NCBI GenBank assembly: GCA_951406725.2
Contig: OX597836.1
Coordinates: 8,680,001 to 8,744,000, forward strand
Origin: Octopus vulgaris
Taxonomy: Eukaryota
Direction of reading: 5' to 3'
DNA length: 64,000 bases
The notes beneath the pieces were generated by a model. The model was not told the origin of the DNA, did not search any database, and was given only the letters and a program-made list of their open reading frames with translations. A program made the translations under genes and the position numbers. Position 1 is the stretch's first letter. Each line of letters starts with the position of its first letter. Shown here piece after piece: positions 15,127 to 28,595 of this stretch.

Positions 15127-15900
15127 AAGGAGAGAATCAAGGAGAGAAAAAATGTGTGTAGTGGCTACCGATCTATCATGGCGTGTATGTATGTGTCTGT
15201 GTATGTATGTATGTATGTATGTATGTATGTATGTATGTATGTATGTGTCTGTGTATGTATGTATGTATGTATGTATGTATGTATGTATGTATGTATGTAT
15301 GTATGTATGTATGTATGCATGTGTTATATACAAACATTTGTTATTTTTAACACTAAAGTTTTTTTTAGATTTTTTCCGGAAATGAAGTCGGTCCCTGGCA
15401 AAGTGGCAAATCATTTTTGTTTATTTCAAAGACTGTTCTTGACATTTTCGGTTACGCAAATTCGTTGGTGCGATCGCGTGCGCGCGTGTGTGTAGATAAA
15501 CTTGCATTCATGCATTTCAGTTTAGTATGTGAGATTAATTAGTATGTATATATATATGTGTGTATCTCTGCGTGTGTGTGTATGTGTGCATAGATATGCA
15601 TGTGGGTACATATGTAAAAAAAATAAGAAAAGAAAAGAAAAAAACCTGATAGCCAGCGATGTCGTTAAACAGATAAAGTCAGCCATTGTTTTTGAAAATC
15701 TAAACAAATATGTCCGCGACAAAATCTGCGTCGGATTTGTGTAAGAATAAACACAGACAAAAACACACACACACACAAAACAAACGCAGATTCAAACACA
15801 GGTTTAACTACAAATCTATATACATACATACACAGTCATAATAACCGCATCCAAATATACACACTCTTACACAAGCACACAGACGTACACATACACACAC

Positions 15901-15950
<50 letters not shown>

Positions 15951-16361
15951 TTTTAATACCCGGCGTCCAAAAGGGACTTTCCTTGGGCGAAATTCCGCAG
16001 CTAAAAAGCGTTTAAACAAAACACATACATTCGGTTTGTGACATCAATAATGTTTACATTATCAGAGTTGCCTCTAATTCCAAATTTAATACATATTTAT
16101 GTTTATAGTTTACACAAATGTTTGGATAAACAAACGAAATTAATAATAAGTTAACTCATTAATGAATATGCAACAACCTAGCCATGTGACTATGAAACTT
16201 CAGTGAATGATTAAGTTGTCGTTTCTATAAATTTTTCTGGTTTTTCTCAAACTTACAGGTTCAATTCGACACATCATTGCGGTTTCTTTCCTTCGTCGGA
16301 GAACGTCTCCCCACGTCTGACGAAGTACGTTCATGACGCGCAATTCAACGGTGTGAGGAGT

Positions 16362-16412
16362 CTATGAGATGATGCTGTGTTTCGACCTTATTGTATGTCT
16401 CCTCAGTCACAA
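16362..16412 (-). ncRNA. Degenerate type I hammerhead ribozyme motif
   Basis: TTGTGA-CTGAGGA-GAC[ATACAATAAG]GTC-GAAA-CACAGCATC-ATC-TCATAG: 6-bp stem I (two G-U), 3-bp stem II, weak stem III. Confidence 0.5.
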
Positions 16413-17520
16413 CACTCTCCCACCGCCGAGCCGACGAATCTAACAAGAACACGAGCTCTTCTTTATAGGAATCAGCAAAGAAATTATTTGCTGATGCGTG
16501 TTGGTACAATCCAAACCAATAATAATTCATGAGGTGCACACAGAAGGGCGAGAATCCAACCAACACCGTTGCTGTTCATTCTTAATACGTTTTTCCAGAT
16601 TTAGACACAAATATTTCATCGCCATTGTTTTTCGTTAACGGAAAATACTTCCTTTTTTTAAAACTAATGATTCTCAACCATGTCTTATCTATGGACCCCT
16701 TTGATTACTATTTTATTCTAGTGGACCCCCTTAGCCAACACATACATACATACATACATACATACATACATACATACATACATACATACATACATAAATA
16801 TATACATACATACATAGATACATACTTACAAACATACATACATACATACATACATACATACATACATACATACATACATACATACATACATACATACATA
16901 CATACATACATACATAATGCATACGCACACACGTCTATTCAACGTATACTGAGAGAACATATATGAAGGAAAAAGCCTTTTTTTCAAATATATTCTGAAA
17001 TTCTTTATTAAACACACAACAGTGGATGAGTTTAATTCTTCTTATTAAACGTTATCCTTATTCCGTCATCAACCTTTTACACTTAGTTTCGAGCCATTAG
17101 TTTTCTATATCCAGAGATGCTTTAAGTTCTTCTCAGCCTCATTTCTGAATGAAGTAACGATACCGGAAGGGCGTTGGTGTGTTTTTATGGTAGGCACCAG
17201 GGATCAAAGGAATAATTATACCATTGACAAAAATCATCATCGCCAATAAGTGTGTATGTACATATATATATATATATATTTAACACTCCTGTCACACCCT
17301 GGGACCTTGAAGGCTGCTTTAATGCAAGAAAGTATACTAGTCCCCTAATATTTTATATTTGATATTCAATATTTCGTCTATTCAATAAGACAATCAATAC
17401 TTCATTTCATTTTACTATATATACATATATATTATTTATACTATATATTCTATATTCTACATTAATATTATAAAGAATATAAATAAAACATAAAAAACAG
17501 ACAGAGCTGGAATTCCTTTG

Positions 17521-17587
<67 letters not shown>

Positions 17588-18507
17588 GTGTGTGTATATA
17601 TATATATGAGCGCATATGTGTGTGTGTGTGAGTAGGTATGCACATGTGTGTCTGTGTGGGTGTACGTGTGTGTTTGAGTGCGAGTCCTCTAACATAAATG
17701 CACCAACACAATAGTGAAAACAAGTGGTGTCTGTCCCCTGGTAGCCAACTCAGTGTAAGGGAGATAATCATTTCTACATAATATTTGGTGGGATTTGAAC
17801 TTTGAATTTTGAATATGAAATCGGGGAAACAAAGGACTTGCATCGAATATGCATAATTATTATTATTTTTATTTATTTATTATGAATTTAAATCATAAGA
17901 CAAAGGAAGAAGGAGAAGAGGATAGAGAATGAGGCAAAGACAGAGAGAGAGAGAGAGAGAGAAAAAGGGAGAGGTGGTGGAGAGAGCAGCTTGACATAAA
18001 ATAGGGAAATACGGGTTATTGAAAGAACTTAAGGGATATTTAACTGACACAATCGAATGGTACCCCCGATGCTTTGCTTCGAACTTGTCTGTGTGTCAAA
18101 GGGGTGACATGGACTTTTGTCAATGTACATACAGTAAAATAAACAAAATTGTGTTGATATTTGAAAGGTGTATAAAAGTATTCACCTTGACTTATATACT
18201 AGCAACTTTATAGTTATACGGAGAGGACACACCTACAGCGACACTCGAACACATATACTTCTCCATACACACACAGATATATACATGCATGCATACACAC
18301 ATCAAACAAACAGCTATACTAACGATATGACACATAGTCATATTCACCCCTCACACACACACGTACCTGCAAACACAGTCATACATACAAACTCATACAT
18401 ACATACATACATACATACATACATACATACATACATACATACATGCGTATATATCTGATGACGGCTTGTAAATCGAAACTCCCAAGTCACTGTAAACCAA
18501 CGTTTTT

Positions 18508-18625
18508 AGAAGAAGAAGAAGAAGAAGAAGAAGAAGAAGAAGAAGAAGAAGAAGAAGAAGAAGAAGAAGAAGAAGAAGAAGAAGAAGAAGAAGAAGAAGA
18601 AGAAGAAGAAGAAGAAGAAGAAGAA
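18508..18625. repeat. (GAA)n pure microsatellite
   Basis: Directly visible; the complementary (CTT)n tract occurs at 45654-45767. Confidence 0.98.
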
Positions 18626-18986
18626 GGCTAGAAAGGAGAGGAAACTGATATTCATTGAGGCGGTCACTCACTGAATGTATGATGAAAGAGCTTTGACAAA
18701 ACAACCACTAACTAATGATAATAAGACTGAAGTGAAAGTCAAATGGTGCGTGTGTTATTATTAGCAAAATGACCGTCCCCAAATACAAAAATATGTATCA
18801 TAACGTGATACGGTTTGGACCGAGATCCCCATTGACAAGCCCCTGATAATAAATAGTGTTAAACAATTACGGTGTGAAAATATATAACTCCAATTAACTA
18901 TAGCTATTGGATTTGTTGGGCATTTAAATAGGTTGGCTGCTTATTTCTCTGAGATTGAGAAAGACAGAGCCAGAGAGAGAGAGTCT

Positions 18987-19022
<36 letters not shown>

Positions 19023-19040
19023 CAGCCAGAGAGAGGGAGT

Positions 19041-19102
<62 letters not shown>

Positions 19103-20005
19103 GAGAGACAGACAGACAGAGCCAGAGAGAGGGAGAGAGAGAGAGAGTCAGAGATAGAGAGTCAGAGAGACAGAGAGAGAGACAGACGGAAGGAAAGGGA
19201 AGGAGAAAAAGGGGAGAGGGATGATGTGGGAAAGAGGGAGAGGAGAGAAGGAGGTGGAAGAGGGACCAGAGATAGGGACCAGGGATAGGGAAGGGGATAT
19301 AATTTGTTGGAGCTGAGAAGAAATTGAACTCAGATCTCCTAATTCATGAACAAGCGCAAAAGAAGACAACCGACTCAGAAAACCAAAAGAACATCAACCA
19401 CCACCACTATCACCACCACACCACCAGCACCAGCAGTAGCACCAGTACCAGTACCAGTACCAGCACCAGCACTACTACTACTACTACTACCAAAACAATC
19501 GCCACTACAACAAACCCAAACACAACAACAACATGAGAAGGAAAGACGTTATCACAAACCGCCAACAATAACAACAGCAACAGTGACCACAACAACAACA
19601 ACAGCAGCAACACAACCAGCCTTAAACTAACAGCAGCAACAGCAGCACCAACACCAACTACAGCAGCACCACCACCAACAGCAACAGCAGCAGCAACACC
19701 AACTACAATTGATGAGTCACCAATTCTTGTAGAAAATCAATAATTGTTTTTCTTAAAGAAATAAAGAGAACATCTTATTGGTTATGTTTATTGAAACGGA
19801 ACTAAATCGAGCGAATTAAGTCATCATATCTCTTTGGATTATCTTACCATTAAGTCATCGTCTATCTATAGATTGCCCTACTAACTTACAGACTAAGTGA
19901 TCATGTATCTATGTATGTAGCAGTAGGATAATCCGTAAATAAATGATGTCCTGTCATTTGTAGATTAAGCTAATCATAGCTCTGTGGATTGCCGTATCAT
20001 TTAAG

Positions 20006-20071
<66 letters not shown>

Positions 20072-20374
20072 CAAAATGGGACAAGAACGCAAAACATCCA
20101 GAGAGTTAGCTGATATAAAAATGGGACAACAAAACATCCAGATAGACGATACAAAGAAAACAAGGACGGGTCATTCGGAGTTTTCTTTCCTCAGTCAAGT
20201 ACCAGATTATCTTCGCAATTTCGGCTGATTATACTTGAGATTGCTCCAATCTGGCCAGCCGTTATGTCCTGTTATTATTGTATTTGTGTAACATTATCCG
20301 TTTTTCCCCCGTCCTTGTTTTTGTATACATTCGCTGCTTTCTTCCAAGGAATCTTATGCACTTAGCTTAGTTTA

Positions 20375-20730
20375 AGATTTTGGTCAAGGTGTTAGCGAAG
20401 AGCTTGGCGCTTGTCAAAGATTTGGTTGAGGATGCGCAAATTTGCGCAATCCCGATCAAGTCCATACACAACCTCTACCTCATGCGATGCATTATAGAAA
20501 GGGTAGGGTGTAAACCTGGTTGCGGAGGGGCTCTGATCAATTTAGATCAATTGAAAGCATTCGATAGGGTCGACCATCGGTACCAGGGGGCTGTACTCAA
20601 CGCAGCTGGCTTCGGTCCCATCTTCAGAGGTTGGATCGTTGCAATGCACAGCGGCACCAAAGTTGATGGCCACCTCTCGGAATTGTTTCAGAACTCCCGA
20701 TCGGTCCGTCAAGGGTGTCCTCTCTCCTGC
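20375..20730 (+). pseudogene. Degenerate non-LTR reverse transcriptase fragment (Tx1/L1-like)
   Basis: Translation [59 protein letters not shown] contains RT motifs; internal deletions; cut by a SINE A at about 20745. Confidence 0.85.
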
Positions 20731-21776
20731 CTTCAGACACGTTTTTTGGCACAAGGCCAGAAATTTCGGGGGAAGGAGGTAAGTCGTTTACATCGACCCC
20801 AGTGTTCAACTGGTACTTAATTTATCGACCCCAAAATAATGAAAGGCAAAGTCTGTGTCGACGGAATTTGAACTCAGAAAGTAAAGACGGACGAAATGCT
20901 GCTAAGCATTTTGTCCGGCTTCTAACGATTCTGCAAATATAGAAGACAAAGGAGCCTCGATTAAAAGAATTTAATGAACATTTAACCTTTTTTTTTTTTT
21001 TTTACAGGGTGAAAATTAGCATCTCAAGCTTATAAATGTATGATTTTGCAAAATAATTTCATCTGTCGGTCTCTTGATAGTTGACTATCTTTTGAACCAA
21101 TCAAAAGTAGCTTGACCATTGATTGGTTGAAATGCAGTCGGATAAAAAAAAATTAATCATGTGATGTGTAGAACTTATGAAACCGTGGGTGTTTTACGTT
21201 AACGCTAATTAATTAAAATAAACCGCACTTATTGACACACAAACACGCATTTCCCCGATCCCACATATACGCACACACACACACATCTATCTTCAAAATA
21301 TGTGTAGATCGATTGACATTATCATTTCGGCGTTTCGGGGATTTTTCGATAGCGCGTATTCGTGGCCATCTACGTACTCGAACGGGATTCCGTTGTCTTT
21401 GATATAAGAAAAAATTATTCACTGATATTTTGAATTGCCGCCCGGATAGTTCATTCAACTAAAAATTATTCAAGGTAGTGCTCCAGCATGGCCACGGTTC
21501 AATGACTGAAACATGCAACAGATAAATAATATACATATATAATACATACACATACATACATATAAATGCTTACCTTACATACATACATACATATATACAT
21601 ATGTGCATATATATATATACATATGTATAGATAAGAAAGTTTGTTTGGTAAAGCACGTGGGTGAATATATAAGAAAATAGTAAAGTGTGAAAAAACGACA
21701 GAAGGCTTAAATGTTAAAAAATATATATATTTGTGTCAAAATGTCTGGAGAATATTGGAAAAATTTTTTTCCTTTC

Positions 21777-21865
<89 letters not shown>

Positions 21866-21869
<4 letters not shown>

Positions 21870-22048
21870 GGAGTTTACAGGACTAGAACTGTTTCATTCA
21901 AAAGAAATCTATCAGGAAGCTCCTGATGATTTCTTTGAATGAAACAGTTCTAGTCCTGTAGAAGCTCCTTCTATAAAATAAATTAATTTACTCTGCTATG
22001 TGTTGAGTACCTTATTTACTGTGGTTAACCCCGACTCAACCCGGGACC

Positions 22049-22128
<80 letters not shown>

Positions 22129-22311
22129 GAAGGAGTTCTACAGGACTAGAACTGTTTCATTCAAAAGAAATCATCAGGAAGCTCCTGATGATTTCTTTTG
22201 AATGAAACAGTTCTAGTCCTGTAGAAGCTCCTTCTATAAAATAAATTAATTTACTCTGCTATGTGTTGAGTACCTTATTTACTGTGGTTAACCCCGACTC
22301 AACCCGGGACC

Positions 22312-22315
<4 letters not shown>
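21866..22315. repeat. Two tandem ~187-bp units, each starting with a ~107-bp near-perfect palindrome, separated by (TA)n
   Basis: Units 21866-22052 and 22128-22315; arms AGAAGGAG..CAGGACTAGAACTGTTTCATTCAAAAGAAATCATCAGGA / TCCTGATGATTTCTTTTGAATGAAACAGTTCTAGTCCTG..CTCCTTCT. A third single-arm copy lies at 55340-55463. Confidence 0.92.
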
Positions 22316-22400
<85 letters not shown>

Positions 22401-22732
22401 AGAGTCAGTTTAGCGTAATATTTCCAGACACAAGAAAAAAAAATGTCTGAATTCTAACAAAAAAGTCTTTGTTAATGACATAAAATGTAGACAATATTCT
22501 GTAAGTTTGGTAGAAGGAATTTGAACATGTTTATTTTTTTAAAATTTACATTCGTTGAATTTTAAAAAACATAAACATTGGTGTATATACATGCAGTCAC
22601 ACAAACAAACATGCATCGCTGTGCATGTACGTATGTGCGCCCATCTGCGTATGTATATGTGTATGTATGTATGTATGTGTAATGCCTACATACATGCATA
22701 CATGCATACATACATACATGTATATGCATATG

Positions 22733-22778
<46 letters not shown>

Positions 22779-22804
22779 TATATATACATACATATATATA
22801 TATA

Positions 22805-24570
22805 TAAAACTTAGATAAAACTTAGATATGTTTCGACCAGAGATTGGTCCAGGCCATGTCTAACTTAATAGCACCACCTGATAGGATTATTCGAATCCTG
22901 TTTAAGTCAAGTTTTGTTCAAGTAGTGAGTTCTTGTTGGGTGAGTTATATCCAATTATGGGTGGCTTATCTGGTATTCTTTGAAGGAATCTATCCAGACT
23001 CTGTTTGAAGTTGATGGGATCCTTTTCCTCTTTGATCTCCCTCGGGACAATGTTAAATAGGGCAGGGCCTGTTGAGGAAAAGAAATTATGTTGCAGTGTA
23101 CATGTATGTTGTGATCTTGAATTTGGCAGGGGACGTATAGCCCGTGGTCCAAGTCTCGGATGAACCTTGAAGCTAATGTTTAGGTCGTTTGGGCAAAGTT
23201 GGCGGTATATTTTCCACATCGTACAAATGATGTACCGCTCACGGCGACGCTGGAGGGAGTAAAGTTTCAAGGCTTTAAGGCGATCCCAATAGTCGAGAGC
23301 AGCCATGCCTTCAATTTGTTTAGTGAGAGCCCTCTGGGGTGACTCAATTCTGGAGATGTTTTGTCTTGTGTGAGGAGACCACAGTGAGCAGCAGTATTCA
23401 AGGTGTGGCCGTACAAAGGATGAAAAAAGTGGTATGATGACACCTTGTTCTCTGGACCGGAAAGTTCTTAAGATCCAGGAACTCATCCTACGAGCTGTAT
23501 CGACCTTCTTGTTGATGTGTGCACTCCAACTGAGATCGTCATCAACAATTACACCCAGGTCTCTGATATTGTTAGAGGCTGTGAGCGGTTCCCCTGAAGG
23601 AAGAGAGTATGGTTGTTTTAGTGAGGAATTTCTTCCAAAATGCATCAGCTCAAATTCTCCCTCATTCAGTTGCATTTTGTTTCTGTCTGCCCATTGACTC
23701 ACAGCATATAGGTCAGACTGGAGTTGAGTTCGGTCTGCTTCTTCATTGACGATTTGCTGGAGCTTAGTGTCATCAGCGAATATTTTCACTTTGCAGTGAT
23801 GTACGACACTGGAAAGGTCGTTTACATAAATTATGAAGAGTAGCGGACCCAAAACAGTTCCCTGGGGAACACCGCTGGTGACTTTTGCTGGGTTTGAGTG
23901 GACTCCATCAACTACAACATGTTGTGTTCTATTCGCTAGGAAATACTGAATCCAGTGTAGAACTTTTCCACGGATTCCAACATTTGCCAATTTTGAGAGT
24001 AAGATGTTATGGTCTACCCTGTCGAACGCTTTACTGAAGTCAAGGTATATGACGTCTGAGTTCGAACCTGTTCCCAAGGCTTTGAGTACATCTTCAATGT
24101 GGTGTAAGAGCTGTGTTAGACAGTCCCTGCCACAGCGAAAGCCATGCTGATTTGAATTTAGGAGTTTGTGGGTCTCCAGGAAGTCAGCTATCCTTGATCT
24201 TAACACTCTTTCAAACACTTTAATGATGTGGGAGGTGAGTGAGATTGGGCGATAGTTGACTGCGAGGGATCTGTTTCCCTGTTTGAAAACCGGGATGACC
24301 GACTGGGATAGAAACTTTTTCGGTATATAACCTGCGTCTAACGAGTTTCTCCAGAGGTTGGTCAGAGGGACTGCAAGTTGATATCTACATTCCTTCAGGA
24401 GACTGGCGGGAAATCTATCAGGGCCTACAGCAGAGTAATGTTTGACCTCATTTATTGCTGCTACGATGTCGGTGGCAGTGAAGGTTATGTCTGCGATTTT
24501 GTGTTGGGAGTCAGCTTCGTTCGTTTCCCTCACATCAATATCAGTGGGAACACTGAAGACAGAGCAATAC
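22805..24570 (-). mobile_element. 5'-truncated CR1-like LINE with 3' UTR and short tandem tail
   Basis: RT ORF followed by a ~95-bp 3' UTR with a hairpin and a twice-repeated 11-bp tail (TAAAACTTAGA on +); flanked on both sides by TA-rich microsatellite. Confidence 0.93.
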
Positions 24571-24572
24571 AT
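22902..24572 (-). CDS. LINE ORF2 reverse transcriptase, C-terminal 556 codons (endonuclease domain missing)
   Basis: Uninterrupted frame with [61 protein letters not shown] and [11 protein letters not shown]. The start codon lies at the truncation junction and is probably not native. Confidence 0.93.
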   Translation of the reverse strand: MYCSVFSVPTDIDVRETNEADSQHKIADITFTATDIVAAINEVKHYSAVGPDRFPASLLKECRYQLAVPLTNLWRNSLDAGYIPKKFLSQSVIPVFKQGNRSLAVNYRPISLTSHIIKVFERVLRSRIADFLETHKLLNSNQHGFRCGRDCLTQLLHHIEDVLKALGTGSNSDVIYLDFSKAFDRVDHNILLSKLANVGIRGKVLHWIQYFLANRTQHVVVDGVHSNPAKVTSGVPQGTVLGPLLFIIYVNDLSSVVHHCKVKIFADDTKLQQIVNEEADRTQLQSDLYAVSQWADRNKMQLNEGEFELMHFGRNSSLKQPYSLPSGEPLTASNNIRDLGVIVDDDLSWSAHINKKVDTARRMSSWILRTFRSREQGVIIPLFSSFVRPHLEYCCSLWSPHTRQNISRIESPQRALTKQIEGMAALDYWDRLKALKLYSLQRRRERYIICTMWKIYRQLCPNDLNISFKVHPRLGPRAIRPLPNSRSQHTCTLQHNFFSSTGPALFNIVPREIKEEKDPINFKQSLDRFLQRIPDKPPIIGYNSPNKNSLLEQNLT

Positions 24573-24689
24573 GCATATATATGTATATATATATGTGTGT
24601 GTGTGTATATATATATATACATATATATATATACATCCATATATATTTATTGTATATATGTATTATATATATGCATACATATGTACATT

Positions 24690-24846
24690 TTGACATATAT
24701 ATACATATATAAATATATGCATATATGTATATATACATATATGCATTTATATATATATATTTGCATAAATATACATATATTTGCATAAATATATGCATAT
24801 ACATATATTTGTATGACTGTATATGCGTGTATATATATAAGTATTT

Positions 24847-24879
<33 letters not shown>

Positions 24880-25001
24880 CAAATATATGTATATGCATAT
24901 ATTTATGCAAATATATGTATATTTATGCAAATATATATATATAAATGCATATATGTATATATACATATATGCATATATTTATATATGTATATATATGTCA
25001 A
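24690..25001. repeat. Inverted repeat with ~125-bp arms made of degenerate TA microsatellite
   Basis: 24690-24814 is the reverse complement of 24877-25001; ORFs 24725(+) and 24966(-) begin with an identical 30-aa translation. Confidence 0.88.
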
Positions 25002-25078
25002 TATATATATGTATATATATATATATATATATATACAAATATGCGTATATATATGTATATATATACATACATATGTAT

Positions 25079-25112
<34 letters not shown>

Positions 25113-25149
25113 ATACATATACATATATATATACAGATTCATTTTGATT

Positions 25150-25350
25150 TTATTCTTTTACTTGTTTCAGTCATTTGACCGCGGTCATGCTGGAGCACCA
25201 CCATTAGTCAAGCAATTCGACCCCAGGACTTATTCTTTGTGAGCCTAGTACTTATTCTACCGGTCTCTTTCGCCGAACTACTAAGTTACGGGGACGTAAA
25301 CAAACGAACATAGGTTGTCAAGCGATGTTCGGCGGACAAATACGGACACA

Positions 25351-25415
<65 letters not shown>

Positions 25416-25640
25416 GGGGTGAATTCACAAAAAAAAAACAAAAGACGAAGACAGATGGTGATGATAACAAACAGCTACAGCAGGTTTCTTTCAGTTTCCG
25501 TTTACCAAATCCACTCAGAAGGCTTTGGTCAGCCCGAGGCTACAGTAGAAGACACTTGCTCAAGGTGCCACTCAGTGGGACTGAACCCGGAACCACGTAG
25601 TTGGAAAACAAGCGTCCTACCTCACATACGTTCCTGCGCC
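25150..25640 (-). mobile_element. SINE family B, near full length, with internal (CA)n and a small insertion
   Basis: Same tail, body and head motifs as 8840-9610. Confidence 0.85.
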
Positions 25641-25849
25641 TGAGGTTCTTTCAGCTTCCATCAACCAAATCCACTAAAAATGCTTTGATCGGGTCGAGGC
25701 TATAGCTGAAGACCCTTGCCCAACTTAAGGGCTGACCCCGAGCGACACACGCACACACTAGCTACACCACTACAAGTACCAGTTATATAATAGGGTGGAA
25801 AACGACCAACCACCTTACATACCAGCACAACCAACGCAACGGTACCATA

Positions 25850-26085
25850 GGGCGGCGAGCTGGCAGAATCGTTAGCACACCGGGCGAATTGCGTAGCCGT
25901 ATTTCGTCTGCCGTTACGTTCTGAGTTCAAATTCCGCCGAGGTCGACTTTGCCTTTCATCCTTTCGGGGTCGATAAATTAAGTACCAGTTACGCACTGGG
26001 GTCGATATAATCGACCTAATCCGTTTGTTTGTGCTTGTTTGTCCCCTCGGTGTTTAGCCCCTTGTGGGTAGTAAAGAAATAGGTA
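25850..26085 (+). mobile_element. SINE family A, well-preserved copy
   Basis: GGCGGCGAGCTGGCAGAATCGTTAGC..GAGTTCAAATTCCGCCGAGGTCGACTTTGCCTTTCATCCTTTCGGGGTCGATAAATTAAGTACCAG..GTAAAGAAATAGG. Confidence 0.92.
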
Positions 26086-26398
26086 CCACCACTGCTATCA
26101 CGACTGCTCTCCTGCTGTTTATTCTGGGCCATCCACGTGACCTGTAATCTACCAATGAGAGAAATGATTATTTGGTGACGGGCGGCGGCGGCGGCGGCGG
26201 CGGTGGTGGTGGTGGTGGTGTAGATGTCACCATTTGTAATTGAAACATATGAAGAATGCTTTACACACACACACACATATATGGCGTGTTAAGTGAGGTG
26301 AAAATGAATTAGGTAGAAAGGTCTGCTACCAAAGCCCTTCACATCCTTTTCCTCACATTTTCTGCCCTTGATTCCCTCCTCCTCCCTCTCTTTCCGTG

Positions 26399-26444
<46 letters not shown>

Positions 26445-26541
26445 GTAGGCAGGCATGTAAATACATCGAATGCACGCATTTCCAGCGATACATACAGCTA
26501 TACAACACACAAACATTCATATATGTATGTATATATGTATG

Positions 26542-26619
<78 letters not shown>

Positions 26620-26665
26620 CACAAAAGTATGTGTATATATACATATTCATACATGCATATATATA

Positions 26666-26737
<72 letters not shown>

Positions 26738-26805
26738 GTATATATATATATATACGTATAAAGACAAACTTTAAATGCATGCGTATACACTCACGTATAT
26801 ATATG

Positions 26806-26863
<58 letters not shown>

Positions 26864-28139
26864 TATAGATAGATAGATAGATAGATAGATAGACAGACAG
26901 ATAGAGAGAGAGAGAAACATGCATATATATATAAGCACATATATACATTCACAAATACGCACATACATACATACACACACACCATTCATATGTACATACA
27001 TACATATACAAACATAAACACATACATGCATGCATATACACACATACGTACAAGCATGCACATACATACACACATACATGCATGCATACATACATACAAG
27101 CACATACACACACACACATACATACACATATACATATACACACACACGCACGCACGTGCACAAAGATCTCGTCTCGTCAATCCGTCTTACGGATTTGTTC
27201 CAATAAAAGATTCGAGAATACAGCTGGAACACGTGACCTTACGTAAGCAGCGCCTTCGGAGACAGACCAGACGGCACAGCAGAGCAATATCGGCCAAGCT
27301 TTCTCGCTACTAAGCTTGTATTATGGCAATTGACACTTGAACTGCATCGAAAAACGGGAACGGAGGTGGAAAGAAGAAATTAAGACGAAATAAGAAACAA
27401 ACAAAATAAAATGGATAAATAAAAGATAAAGACAAATATATATATATAAAAAAAGCAAAATAGAAATGAAAAACAAAAACGAAAACGACGTTTATAAATG
27501 TTAGTTTAAAACTCAAAGAAAATAGTTAAACGATTTAAAACAACAACTATAATAAGATTAACCTTTGACCTCGCTGTGGCTAAAATATTCATTAAAGCCG
27601 CCATAATGTTCACATATGAACCCTGGTGGTGAAAATTGCAGTTGTTAATTAGTAAAATATTGAGTGGGGTATTGCTTTTTCTTTCTTTTTTTCGGAGTGG
27701 GGGGGGTGCATGGTGTGTGGATCAAGAGGACTCGGTTTCAGTGTGGTTTTTTTGTTTTTTTTTTATATTTCCATGTGTCGGACAAAAATACCTTGTGGTG
27801 TTTACAAGTTTGTTGTTTGGCCGTTCGGAGATCAAATCCCGCCAAGACTTCTTCATCTTCTTTATCTTTATTTTAACAACGTTGATAAAGTAAAACACAA
27901 GTTAATTACAGGTGTTATGAAGCAGCGAACGGGCAGTCTTTACGTTCTGAGTTCAAATTCCGCCGAGGTCGACTTTGCCTTTCATCCTTTCGGGGTCGAT
28001 AAATTAAGTACCAATTGCATACTGGGTTGGTGTAATCGATTGTCCCCCTCCCTGCAAAAATACAGGCCTTGTGCCTATAGTAGAGAGGATTATTATTATT
28101 ATTATTATTATTATTATCATTATGATTATTATTATTATT

Positions 28140-28198
<59 letters not shown>

Positions 28199-28203
28199 TA
28201 ATA

Positions 28204-28538
28204 AAAGGGGCTGATAGCTACCTAACTCAGATACCAGGAAACCCAAAAATGGCAGAAGTTCAAAAGATAGTGCTCATGGGAACTGCTCATATCCTACGCA
28301 AAATACTCTCTATGTAATCCCAAGGTTTAAAACAAACATAATTTTCGGTTTAAAAAAAAAAAAAAAAAAAAAAAAAACTTTTTTTTTTTTTTAGACATTC
28401 TTTAGTACAACATCCCCACCCCCCAAATATATGGCACACTAGGCATAACAACAACATGAACTTCCAACCCTGTTGTCTCTTGAGGTCTCTGGGTGAGACT
28501 TGGAGCCAACTTGTACAAATATAAAGCAAAAGTCAAAC

Positions 28539-28541
<3 letters not shown>
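28204..28541 (+). mobile_element. 3' end of an R4/Dong-like non-LTR retrotransposon inside a (TAA)n tract
   Basis: 28204-28317 translates to KGADSYLTQIPGNPKMAEVQKIVLMGTAHILRKILSM*, resembling the QKxxLxGTAxILR C-terminus of R4-clade ORFs; 3' UTR follows; (TAA)n on both sides. Confidence 0.75.

Positions 28542-28595
<54 letters not shown>

Noticed and set aside
22821-22866. LINE 3' hairpin followed by GAAA read as a hammerhead
   Set aside because: No CUGANGA core; better explained as the RT-recognition stem-loop.
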